The notes below the pieces were generated by a model. It worked only from the letters and a program-made list of their open reading frames with translations, was not told the DNA's origin and made no database searches. 64,000 nucleotides of DNA, from sequence record KF147891.1. One strand, written 5' to 3'. Positions 37,256 through 46,350 of this stretch are shown piece by piece; position 1 is the first letter of the stretch, and each line of letters opens with the position of its first letter. The position numbers and the translations under genes were made by a program. Origin of the DNA: Pseudomonas phage PaBG.

Positions 37256-38899
37256 ATGGTCAGTAAAGTTCATCCCAGTGCCGGTGTATATCCGAATGAA
37301 AAGGATATGTCCGTGCGCGCCGCCGCGGCCTCGACTTCCATTGTCGGTACCGTAGGTGAAGCCTCCATGGGCGCGGTCAATGTGATCGTGGACATCTTCG
37401 ACAACGAAGACCTGCGCTCCAAATTCGGCACGCCCAACGCGCAGAAGTACGGATTCGCTCTGTACTGTGCCGAACAGGCGCTTTCCCAAACCAAGGCCCT
37501 CAAGTTCATCCGTGTGGTAAACACCGATGCGCTGACTGCTGGTGCCTACCTAACCATTGACGACCCGGCTCAAACCATTCCGAACGTCCGTCTGAACGTC
37601 TTCGATGACGGCAGCAACAACCCTCGCGGTGTCTGGGACCCGGAAAACAACCTGGGCTTCACGGCAGATCAAGATGCCGTGGATCGCGTGCTCGGTTACT
37701 TCGCCGCAGCCAACCCGGGTGCGTGGAACGACCGCCTGAGCATCAAGGTACGTCCGTCGAATCCGAGCGGTGTTGACGTGAGCGACGAACGCCACTACAA
37801 CCCGTACCAGTTCTGGGTAGATGTTTACCTGGACTTCAAGAACGCCAACAGCCGTCCGGTGGAATCCTACCTGGTTAGCCGCGTTTACGAGCTGAACGGT
37901 GACGGCGATCAGATGTACTGGGAAGACGCGATCAACCTGCGTTCGCGCTATATCCGCGTCAAGAACAACCCGTTCTGCGGTCCGGTCAAGATCAAGAAGG
38001 AAGCCTTCGAGTTCCTGAAAGGCGGCAGCGATGGTACTCGCCCGACCGAGGCGCAGATCGCCGCAGCTTACGAGGAATTTGCCGATACCGAAACGGTTGA
38101 CGTGAACATCCTCATGAACTCCGGTTACACCACGCCGCTGGTTCAGCGCAAGATGGTGAGCATCTGTGAGAATCGCGGCGACGCGCTCGCAGTGCTGGAC
38201 GTACCGGATGCGGAACACGAAGCTGCCCGTGCCGTGAACTACGCCACGAACACGCTCAACGTGAACTCCAGCTACGCCGGTTTGTACACGCCGTTCGTGC
38301 AAATCCGCGATACGCACAACGACAAGACCCTGTTCATTCCGCCGTCTGGTCATGTGTGTGCTGCTATGGCGTACACCGACTACAACCGTGCCGTCTGGTT
38401 CGCACCTGCTGGTCTGTCTCGTGGTACCGTCAAGGTCCTGGGCATTCGCACCAAGTACAACCAAGGTGCACGCGATGCGCTCGACCGTGCCCACATCAAC
38501 CCGATTCGCAACATCCCGGGTCGTGGTTACGTCATCATGGGCCAAGAAACCCTGCAAGCGTTCGCGTCCGCATTCAGCAACATCAACGTCCGCCGTCTGG
38601 TCAACTTCGTCAAGAAGTCGCTGGCGTCTGCGTGTGCAGTCTCCAACTTCGATCCGAACGATTCGATCACACGCCTCAGCCTGAAAGGTATCTGCGACGA
38701 CTTCCTGCGTCCGATCCGACAGGGCCGCGGCCTGTATGCGTTCGAGATTGTGTGCGATATGCGCAACAACGACCCGGCAGACATCGCCAATGGCGACCTG
38801 GTGCTGGATGTCTACCTCGACCCGGTCATCCCGGCCAAGCGTGTCCATGTGACATCGCACATCATGCCGACCGGCACGTACTTCGACGAAAACAACTGA
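37256..38899 (+). CDS. contractile tail sheath protein (T4 gp18-like)
   Basis: C-terminal third aligns by eye with T4 gp18: WFAPAGLSRGTV / WMSPAGYNRGQI, INPIRNIPGRGYVIMGQETL / INPVTGTGGDGYVLYGDKT, NINVRRLVNFVKKSL / RINVRRLFNMLKTNI, LYAFEIVCDMRNND / IYEYRVVCDTTNNT, VLDVYLDPVIPAKRVHVT / VATFYIQPARSINYITLNF. N-terminus has VHPSAGVYPNE ... SIVGTVGEA, typical of sheath proteins. Confidence 0.85.
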   Translation: MVSKVHPSAGVYPNEKDMSVRAAAASTSIVGTVGEASMGAVNVIVDIFDNEDLRSKFGTPNAQKYGFALYCAEQALSQTKALKFIRVVNTDALTAGAYLTIDDPAQTIPNVRLNVFDDGSNNPRGVWDPENNLGFTADQDAVDRVLGYFAAANPGAWNDRLSIKVRPSNPSGVDVSDERHYNPYQFWVDVYLDFKNANSRPVESYLVSRVYELNGDGDQMYWEDAINLRSRYIRVKNNPFCGPVKIKKEAFEFLKGGSDGTRPTEAQIAAAYEEFADTETVDVNILMNSGYTTPLVQRKMVSICENRGDALAVLDVPDAEHEAARAVNYATNTLNVNSSYAGLYTPFVQIRDTHNDKTLFIPPSGHVCAAMAYTDYNRAVWFAPAGLSRGTVKVLGIRTKYNQGARDALDRAHINPIRNIPGRGYVIMGQETLQAFASAFSNINVRRLVNFVKKSLASACAVSNFDPNDSITRLSLKGICDDFLRPIRQGRGLYAFEIVCDMRNNDPADIANGDLVLDVYLDPVIPAKRVHVTSHIMPTGTYFDENN

Positions 38900-38909
38900 G
38901 AGGCGGAAA

Positions 38910-39554
38910 ATGTCTGAACTTCGTCTGGACCAACTGATTGACGATCTGGAGTCCATCTCCAATCTTCAAAACATGGACCCGCTGAACCCGATCGTGGTTC
39001 GCCTGTCCCACCCGACCAACCGTACCGTCACCGTAGTGGTGTGCGCGCAGAAAGAGCCCTCGCTGCTCATCCTGCCGCTGAACGTCACCTGGATCGACTT
39101 CGATCCGCTGTCGGCCAACTATCGCAAAGCACTGCGCCGCGTCTCCAAGGACGTGGATACCGTGCACGGTCGTGACCACACCTGGGAAATCATCGAGAAC
39201 TACAACGATGTCTTCGTCACCCAGTATTACGACGCCGAAGACACCGCTCAACTGACCACACAGAACCCGGTGCCGGCCGCCTCGCCGACCATCATGGGTG
39301 TGGCCCGTATCTCGGTTCCGGCCCAAGTGTCGAGCAACCCCGTCGTGGTAGCCGAAGGCGACCCGCGTCTGTCCGACGCTCGTCCGCCGACTGGCCACAC
39401 GCACGAAGAAGTGCCTGCAACCCAGATCAAAACGTCCACGGGTGTTGTCACCATCGGCGGCAGCGAAGCTCCCGTCGCCGGCGCTGCTCTCGTAGCAACC
39501 GGTCCGACTACCGCCGTATGGCGTAAGCTGACCACCTCGGACATCCAGAACTGA
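38910..39554 (+). CDS. structural protein (214 aa); its fold is duplicated at the N-terminus of the next gene (tail-tube or fibre-base candidate)
   Basis: Clear paralogy to the first 210 aa of the 39571 ORF: NPIVVRLSHPTNRTVTVVVCAQKEPSLLILPLNVTWIDFDPLSANYRKALRRVS versus NPIPVQLPLGNGENMTVVVSFMEPNNVTLPFNVSWIVVDPDSNDYLKVLRRTS, and PVVVAEGDPRLSDARPPTGHTH versus PLVVGSNDARMSNARTPLPHTH. Confidence 0.4.
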   Translation: MSELRLDQLIDDLESISNLQNMDPLNPIVVRLSHPTNRTVTVVVCAQKEPSLLILPLNVTWIDFDPLSANYRKALRRVSKDVDTVHGRDHTWEIIENYNDVFVTQYYDAEDTAQLTTQNPVPAASPTIMGVARISVPAQVSSNPVVVAEGDPRLSDARPPTGHTHEEVPATQIKTSTGVVTIGGSEAPVAGAALVATGPTTAVWRKLTTSDIQN

Positions 39555-39570
39555 TCGGAGAAGATCGAAT

Positions 39571-42500
39571 ATGGCAACCCTGGCCGAATTCATTCGTCAG
39601 GCGGTGGCACTGGCTGACTACCGGAACCTCGCAGTGGAGAACCCGATCCCTGTGCAGCTTCCGCTGGGCAACGGCGAGAACATGACTGTTGTGGTATCCT
39701 TCATGGAGCCCAACAACGTCACTCTGCCGTTCAACGTCAGCTGGATCGTCGTCGATCCTGATTCCAACGACTACCTGAAAGTGCTGCGCCGTACCTCTGC
39801 TCTTCCGATGCCGGGCTATCGCAACACCTGGGTGGAAATCACCACCATGGAAGACCTCATCGCAGAGCCTCAGTTCTGGGACCTCAGCAGCGGGTTCAAC
39901 CTCGGTGAAGTCGAAGCTCCCCAGCTCGGTGCCGCTACGATTGACGTGCGCGGCCTTGTGCAACTGAACCGCGAGTACGCTCCTGACCGCGATAACCCGC
40001 TGGTTGTCGGCAGCAACGACGCTCGTATGTCCAACGCCCGTACTCCGCTGCCGCATACGCACCCGAAGCTCCCCATCACCATGATGCGCGGCGCTACTGG
40101 GATCAATGCGTACACGGCCAAGATCGGCACCGCCAATTCGCCGAAAGCAGGCGAGATTCTGACCATCACTGGCCCGGGTGCTCAGCCCAATGAGTGGCTG
40201 GGCGAATGGCGTCGTCCGACTGCGGCCGATCTGGTATACGACGGTCCTACGTTCGATGACCTGATCATCAACGGCCCAGTTGGCAACACCATCGACGAAA
40301 CCATGCCGTTCACGTTCTCCGCTGACGCGGCATTCAGCGATGGTCAGACCATCGTTGGCGTTGCTGCTTCGTGGTCTGTGATCGGTAACGGCCAGTACGC
40401 CTCGATCGGTACCCTGACTGGTATCTTCCAGTCGCTGGACGTTGATCAGGACCAGACCGTGCGCGTCGAAGCTCGCTGGACTCACCCGGAATCGGGCGTA
40501 CAGCGCAGCAAGTTCGTGGACATCCTCGTGGTCGACCGTACCATCCAGGTCAACCTCGTCAGCATCGAACTGAACGGTCCGGACGAAATCGAAGAAAACA
40601 GCATCGCCACGTACACCGTGACGGCGCACTTCGACAACGGCACCAGCACTGGCGTAACCCCGACGACGTTCACTTCGTCCAACCCGGGTGCCGGTGAGTT
40701 CAACGCTGAGACCGGCGTATTGGAAGTTGGTGAACTCACCACCGACCAGACCACTACGATCAGCGCGACCTACAACTTCAATGGCGTTACTCGGGATGCT
40801 ACCTTGCAGGTTAGCTGCCTGGACACCACTGTCTATCCGGCCAATGCCGTGATCGTAGGTCCGAACACCGTTGACGAAAACACCACCGTGAACTTCGTGC
40901 TGCGTGTGACCTACACCAACGGCACTCAGGTGGACGTCGCTGCTTCCGACTGGGCTTCCAGCGACGAAGAAGCAGGTACTATCAACGCGACCACAGGCGA
41001 GTTCGTGGCTGCGACCAACCTGTTCGAGGACAAGCAGACCGTACTCACGGCCAGCTACACTCTGGAAGGTCGTACCGTCAATGCGTCCAAGCAAGTGCTG
41101 GTCAAGGACGTCACTGTGTACCCGCGCAGTGCCACGATCTTGGGCATGGCTTCGGTCAACGAAGGTACCATCGCGCAGTACCAGTTCCGCGTGACGTTCA
41201 GCGACGACACCTCGGCTGTTGTTTCCGTGTCCAACTGGGCACTCGACAACCCGGCCGTCGGCACCATCAACCCGACCACCGGTCAACTCGTTGCGGCTGC
41301 CGATGTCAGTGTGGACACTCTGGGCGTCATCAGCGCCTCGTACTCCGCCAACGGCCAGACTGTGAGCGCCACGTTCAACGTGACTGTCACCGACGAGACC
41401 AACTATCCGGCGTCCGCTCGCATCGTGGGCAACGCTCAGATGGATGAGAACTCGACCCAGACCGTGACGTTCGAGGTGACCTACACCGACGGTAGCAAGG
41501 TAATCGAGTCGATCACCAACTGGGCTTCGTCCAACACCAGCGCTGCAACCATCGGTGCCGCAAGTGGCCTGGTAACCGCTGCTGTGAACCTCACGGCGAA
41601 CGGCACCACTACGATCAGCGGCAGCTTCACCCGCGATGGTCGTACCGTGACGGCCGAACTGGCGTTGACTGTGCGTGACACCACGAACTATCCTGTGAGT
41701 GCTGTCATCAACGGTCCTGCAACCATCAACGAAGGCGGGCAGGCAGACTATACGCTGGCTGTTACCTTCACCGATGGCACTACGGCAAACCGTGCAGCCA
41801 ACTGGAGCATCACTGGTGGCAACGGCGCTACGATCAATACGTCGGGTCGCGTAACTGCACCTGCAAACGTGGACGCCAACACCGGCGCTACGATCAACGC
41901 CTCGTTCACTCTGGACGGTCGTACGGTCAACGCACCTGCACGTGCAATCCAGATCATCGATACGACTGTGTATCCGAGCACGGCGCGCATCATCGGCCCG
42001 AACTCGGTCCCGGAAAACACGTCGCAGACGTACCAGCTGGAAGTTACCTTCAGCGATGCCACCAAGGCTATCGTGCCGGTTACCAACTGGGCGTCCAGTG
42101 TGCCTACTACAGGTACCATTGACGCGAACACCGGCCTGTTCAGTGCTCTGGAAACCACCGGCAACAAGGTCACCAAAATCACCGCGTCGTACACTGCACA
42201 AGGCCGCACTGTCGGCAGCGAGCTGAACATCACTGTGGTTGACGCCACCAACTATCCGGTCTCGGCCGCGATTGAAGGTCCGGCTGTCGTGGCTGAGGAT
42301 GGCACTGCGCAGTACAACCTGCGGGTGACGTTCACCGATACCACGTCGTCTTTGGTGCCAGTCACTGACTGGGCATCGAGCAACGAGGGCGTTGGCGTCA
42401 TCAACCCGACCACTGGTGCGTTTGTCGCTGCTGCAAACCTGCTGGCCGATGGCACTACCACGATCAGCGCGTCGTACACGTCCGAAGGTATCCGCGTCGA

Positions 42501-44145
42501 TGCCCAGCTCACCGTTACCGTGGAAGACGAAACCGTCTATCCGGTTAGCGCTGTGATCACCGGTGCAGCCGTCGTGGACTCGCTGCAAACCTCGCAGTAT
42601 GAGCTGCGCGTGACCTTCGATGACAACTCGACCCTGGTAATGCAGGCTGATAGCTGGTCGTCGAGCAACACCACCACCGGCGGCACCATCGACGAGAACG
42701 GCCTGTTCACTGCTGTCGAGAACGTGTCTGGTTCCAACATCAACACGACTCTGACCGCGACCTACAGCCTGGATGGTCGTGAAGTCACCGCGACTCGCGT
42801 TATCGCCGTGCATGACGTGACGAACTATCCGGCAAGCGTCGCTATCAGCGGCCCGAACTCGGTGAACTCGTCCGTGAGTGATGGTCCTGGCACTGCGCAG
42901 TACACCGCGGAAGTGACGTATCTGGACGGTACCAAGAACACGCTACCCTCCGGTACGTGGTCTGTCGAAGGCGCTTCACAGTCCGATCCTGTGGGCACCA
43001 TCGATGCGGCCGGCCTGTTCACTGCCAACCAAACTCCGGGTGGCGGCAACCGCAACATTTCGATCAAGTTCAGCTACACCGAATTTGGTCGTACCGTCAA
43101 CGGCTCCAAGTCTGTGGCGTTCGTTGTTGTGCCGATTCCGCAGTCGCTGGCCATCAATGGTCCGAGCGAAGTGGCTTCGGATGTTTCGCAGCCGTACACT
43201 GCACGCCTGACGCTGAACAACGGTGGCACCATGGACGTACTCGCTACGTTCAGCACTACCGCAGCATCCAACATCGCGTCCATGTCGGCGGATGGTACTC
43301 TGGCTGTGCAACATCTGGCCGCAGATACTCCGATCGAACTGCACGCGACGTACACTGGCAATGGCATCACTGTCACCGCCGACCGCACCATCACTGGTAA
43401 GAAGGCGGTGGAACTCGATAGCATCACTGTATCGGGTCCGACCAACCTTGCCAGCGGTAACAGCGCGCAGTACACAGTCACTGCTCACTACGACAACGGA
43501 ACCACGGCTGATGTTACGGCCTCGGCTACGTTCTCCAGCAGTGTTCCTGCTGCCGGTACGTTCAGTGGCGTGACTCGCGGTCTGTTCCAGGCTGCAAACG
43601 TGCAGAGCGACACCGACACCGTGCTGACGTTCGGCTTCACTGCGAACGGCATCAGCCGATCCGCCACTGTCAACCTGCAGGTGGCTGCTCCGTTGCCAAC
43701 TGGTAGCAACTTGCCGCGCTACGGCGTAGCAATGTTCTCCGACACGGACTTCACCGGCGGTAAGACTGGCACTGACGTGAACTACGGTAATCCGTACACC
43801 CGTTGGTCCGGTATCCAGGACTTCGCCGATTCGGTGTTGACCAACCTGATGCCGAGCGCCAACAGCAGCGAGCAGTTCACGCTCAACATCGGCGAAGCCC
43901 AGTACGGCTACTTCATGCACTTGAAGTCGCTGTCCAACTACTGCGAGTTCACCGATCTTGCGATCAACGTGCCTGGCGGTATGGGCGGTATCACGTGGAC
44001 TCCGGAAGGTGAAATCGGCAGCACCTTCGATCCGATCGAAGTTACCTACGACTGTCACGATGGCAACGGCCCGCAACAGTGGCTGGTGTATCGTACCGAC
44101 TGGGATACCCTCGGCTCGATTACCTTCAGGGTTCGTTACACCTGA
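39571..44145 (+). CDS. giant (1524 aa) virion protein: N-terminal domain paralogous to the upstream gene, about 12 tandem Ig-like (Big_2-type) domains, and a C-terminal YRTD(F/W)D module
   Basis: RBS GGAG. Repeating approximately 95-aa units with the pattern (T/V)(V/N)YP.SA.I.GP..V.E......Y...VT(F/Y).DGT......W.SSN...GTI...TG...A......TTI.A.Y...G..V. The C-terminus shares a module with the ORF at 55281 and the protein starting at 61933. Confidence 0.6.
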   Translation: MATLAEFIRQAVALADYRNLAVENPIPVQLPLGNGENMTVVVSFMEPNNVTLPFNVSWIVVDPDSNDYLKVLRRTSALPMPGYRNTWVEITTMEDLIAEPQFWDLSSGFNLGEVEAPQLGAATIDVRGLVQLNREYAPDRDNPLVVGSNDARMSNARTPLPHTHPKLPITMMRGATGINAYTAKIGTANSPKAGEILTITGPGAQPNEWLGEWRRPTAADLVYDGPTFDDLIINGPVGNTIDETMPFTFSADAAFSDGQTIVGVAASWSVIGNGQYASIGTLTGIFQSLDVDQDQTVRVEARWTHPESGVQRSKFVDILVVDRTIQVNLVSIELNGPDEIEENSIATYTVTAHFDNGTSTGVTPTTFTSSNPGAGEFNAETGVLEVGELTTDQTTTISATYNFNGVTRDATLQVSCLDTTVYPANAVIVGPNTVDENTTVNFVLRVTYTNGTQVDVAASDWASSDEEAGTINATTGEFVAATNLFEDKQTVLTASYTLEGRTVNASKQVLVKDVTVYPRSATILGMASVNEGTIAQYQFRVTFSDDTSAVVSVSNWALDNPAVGTINPTTGQLVAAADVSVDTLGVISASYSANGQTVSATFNVTVTDETNYPASARIVGNAQMDENSTQTVTFEVTYTDGSKVIESITNWASSNTSAATIGAASGLVTAAVNLTANGTTTISGSFTRDGRTVTAELALTVRDTTNYPVSAVINGPATINEGGQADYTLAVTFTDGTTANRAANWSITGGNGATINTSGRVTAPANVDANTGATINASFTLDGRTVNAPARAIQIIDTTVYPSTARIIGPNSVPENTSQTYQLEVTFSDATKAIVPVTNWASSVPTTGTIDANTGLFSALETTGNKVTKITASYTAQGRTVGSELNITVVDATNYPVSAAIEGPAVVAEDGTAQYNLRVTFTDTTSSLVPVTDWASSNEGVGVINPTTGAFVAAANLLADGTTTISASYTSEGIRVDAQLTVTVEDETVYPVSAVITGAAVVDSLQTSQYELRVTFDDNSTLVMQADSWSSSNTTTGGTIDENGLFTAVENVSGSNINTTLTATYSLDGREVTATRVIAVHDVTNYPASVAISGPNSVNSSVSDGPGTAQYTAEVTYLDGTKNTLPSGTWSVEGASQSDPVGTIDAAGLFTANQTPGGGNRNISIKFSYTEFGRTVNGSKSVAFVVVPIPQSLAINGPSEVASDVSQPYTARLTLNNGGTMDVLATFSTTAASNIASMSADGTLAVQHLAADTPIELHATYTGNGITVTADRTITGKKAVELDSITVSGPTNLASGNSAQYTVTAHYDNGTTADVTASATFSSSVPAAGTFSGVTRGLFQAANVQSDTDTVLTFGFTANGISRSATVNLQVAAPLPTGSNLPRYGVAMFSDTDFTGGKTGTDVNYGNPYTRWSGIQDFADSVLTNLMPSANSSEQFTLNIGEAQYGYFMHLKSLSNYCEFTDLAINVPGGMGGITWTPEGEIGSTFDPIEVTYDCHDGNGPQQWLVYRTDWDTLGSITFRVRYT
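40230..43700 (+). repeat. array of about 12 divergent tandem Ig-like domain-coding repeats (about 285 nt each)
   Basis: Protein-level periodicity is visible by eye (VYPANAVIVGPNTVDENTT..., VYPRSATILGMASVNEGT..., NYPASARIVGNAQMDENST..., NYPVSAVINGPATINEGG..., and so on). The DNA units have diverged; they are not exact repeats. Confidence 0.55.
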
Positions 44146-44160
44146 TAGGTCAACCACTAA

Positions 44161-44188
44161 GGACGGGTCTTCGGGCCCGTCCGTTTTT
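44161..44188 (+). terminator. rho-independent terminator
   Basis: GGACGGG tcttcggg CCCGTCC followed by GTTTTTGG, 15 nt after the giant gene stop. Confidence 0.6.
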
Positions 44189-44199
44189 GGAGTTCTGCT

Positions 44200-45156
44200 A
44201 TGCCACTCTACGCATCTGCTTTTTTCGTGCCTACGAGTGCTGGTGTGCCGTACATTCTGGAGGATATTTATCTCCGTGGCGGCTACCGCTCCGTGGCAAC
44301 AATCGCGGATCGTGATGCAATCAAATCTGCTGCGCGTAAGCAAGGTGCGATTGTCTACGTCCGTGAAGACACAACTCTCTACTGGCTGCCCGATACGGCC
44401 GTCGCTGGGTCCGATGCTTGGAAGCCATTTGACGTGACCCGTTACGTCAACTTCGTCTGGGATGCACCGCTGTCTCTCGATACCGAGACGGAGCCGGGTA
44501 AGTTCCATGTGAAGATCGACGGGAAGCGCATTGTCCCAGTGATCTTGGAAGAACACGCAGGCTTCGTGCTGATCGTTGGCGAGGGCGGCAACCCTGTGTG
44601 GGCTAAGCTGGATGCCTTGCCTAATCGTGATGCTGCCGCTGCTGGCCATGCGCTGATCTTGGATGCCCAGAAGAATCCGATCTGGGGTGCCGTGTCCTCG
44701 CTCCCATCTACCGAAGGTGTTGCGCAGGGTTCCGCCCTTGTCGTCGATTCCGAAGGCGGTGCTGTTTGGGGCGAAGCTGCCAAGAAGGCGCGCATTACAC
44801 CTGAGCATTCCCCGGGTCCGATCATTGCGGCTGGCACTGCACAGTTTGAACTCACGCTGAACTCCCAGTTCGGTGCCGTGCTTCGTCTGGCTGTGTCGCA
44901 TCCTGATCTGGTTGTCGAACTGCATCGCGCAGAAACCTTCGACGACACCAACCCGTACACGTTCATTTCGTCTGTTGCCAAGCTCGAAGACGATGGCATC
45001 ACCGTCCTCGAAGGCGGCGAAATCCAGAAATCCCGTCGCTATGGGTTCTTCGAGGCTGCCACGGCCGTCGAGCCCAAGATGTACGTCAAGATCACCAACG
45101 AAGGACAGGACTCGGTCGAGCCTACTCTCTACCTGACGTTCCTGCCTATGGAGTAA
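44200..45156 (+). CDS. hypothetical protein (318 aa), likely virion-associated
   Basis: RBS GGAG. Gly/Ala-rich repeats (NPVWAKLDALP ... NPIWGAVSSLP ... GAVWGEAAKK). No enzymatic motif. Confidence 0.4.
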   Translation: MPLYASAFFVPTSAGVPYILEDIYLRGGYRSVATIADRDAIKSAARKQGAIVYVREDTTLYWLPDTAVAGSDAWKPFDVTRYVNFVWDAPLSLDTETEPGKFHVKIDGKRIVPVILEEHAGFVLIVGEGGNPVWAKLDALPNRDAAAAGHALILDAQKNPIWGAVSSLPSTEGVAQGSALVVDSEGGAVWGEAAKKARITPEHSPGPIIAAGTAQFELTLNSQFGAVLRLAVSHPDLVVELHRAETFDDTNPYTFISSVAKLEDDGITVLEGGEIQKSRRYGFFEAATAVEPKMYVKITNEGQDSVEPTLYLTFLPME

Positions 45157-45159
45157 GTC

Positions 45160-46350
45160 ATGCTGATGATCGCCGAAGCTAAAGTGAAGGACTTGGCGAC
45201 AATGTCCTGGTTTACCTACACCGGCGAGAAGGCGATCAAGCTCGGTACGGACAAACAGTTCAACCAGAAGCATCCACTCGTGGTGCGCCCAGGTGAACTG
45301 GTCGGTCTGAAAAAAGCTGCCCGTGGTCCAGGTGCTGGCAACTACCAAGTTGTGCTGGGCCACGCGGTGCATGTCCTCTTCCGCAACGTCACGCAGAAGA
45401 TGATCGATAAGATCGAGGGCAAGCTCAAGCCGTACAAGGGTAAGCCACCGGAGCATGGTCAACTTCAGGAAGGTAAGAAGCGCACCACGAAGGTGCGTAT
45501 CCGAGAAAAGGAAACCTCCGACAAGCTGGTTGCTGATCTGTTCAAACCCGAAGGGCCTGTGCGAGAGAACGCTACCTACAACAGGGAGAACTACCAATGG
45601 CGCCGTGTTGTTCACGCTGGCGTCGCGGTGAAATCCTTGAAGCAGGGTCGTTCCAAGTACAGTACCCAAGAAGGCGATGTCGTCGGTATGCGTTACATGA
45701 CCAAGGCGCGTGGTGGCTTCATCATCCTGCCAAACATGCAGCGCGTCAACATTGATCACGACACCTACATGAAGCTCATCGAGTCCACGCGCATCCAACC
45801 GTCCTCGAAGCAACAAAAAGGCATCGTGATTCTCGCCGACGTTAAGGCAACCCTGCCGAAAGAGACGCGCAATCGCAAGAAGAAGGAACCAGAACCGGAC
45901 GTTCGCATCCAGCGCGGTGAGCCCGAGAAAACGGCTGGCCGACGGATGCAACGTGACATCAAAGGCTTCACGCATGACCACGACATCCCAGACGTGGACA
46001 TTGAAGACGACGAACTGGAAGACGAAGCTCCATCGCAGGTGCCAGAAGCGCACCAGCCTGCGAAGGTGATCAGAGTCGGCTCGTTGCTCCAGAGCGCCAA
46101 GCGCCCTGACAACAAGTTTGCTGTCGTGGACGCCGAAGTACACGAAACGTACACCGAGTTCTCCCTCTACAGTCTGCGTACCAAGGATGTGCGTAAGCTG
46201 AGGATGTCCAACGATACCGACATGTCCAACACCAAGTCCGTTCTGGTGCTCGGTGATGTGTCCAAGTCGGAACTCGCCGCAGGTAAACGGGCTTTCAACA
46301 AGGCTGTAAAAGATAAGAAGTTTACCGTCGGCACCATTCATGACCAGTGA
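45160..46350 (+). CDS. hypothetical basic protein (396 aa)
   Basis: RBS GGAG. K/R-rich with an acidic DIEDDELEDE tract. Confidence 0.4.
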   Translation: MLMIAEAKVKDLATMSWFTYTGEKAIKLGTDKQFNQKHPLVVRPGELVGLKKAARGPGAGNYQVVLGHAVHVLFRNVTQKMIDKIEGKLKPYKGKPPEHGQLQEGKKRTTKVRIREKETSDKLVADLFKPEGPVRENATYNRENYQWRRVVHAGVAVKSLKQGRSKYSTQEGDVVGMRYMTKARGGFIILPNMQRVNIDHDTYMKLIESTRIQPSSKQQKGIVILADVKATLPKETRNRKKKEPEPDVRIQRGEPEKTAGRRMQRDIKGFTHDHDIPDVDIEDDELEDEAPSQVPEAHQPAKVIRVGSLLQSAKRPDNKFAVVDAEVHETYTEFSLYSLRTKDVRKLRMSNDTDMSNTKSVLVLGDVSKSELAAGKRAFNKAVKDKKFTVGTIHDQ

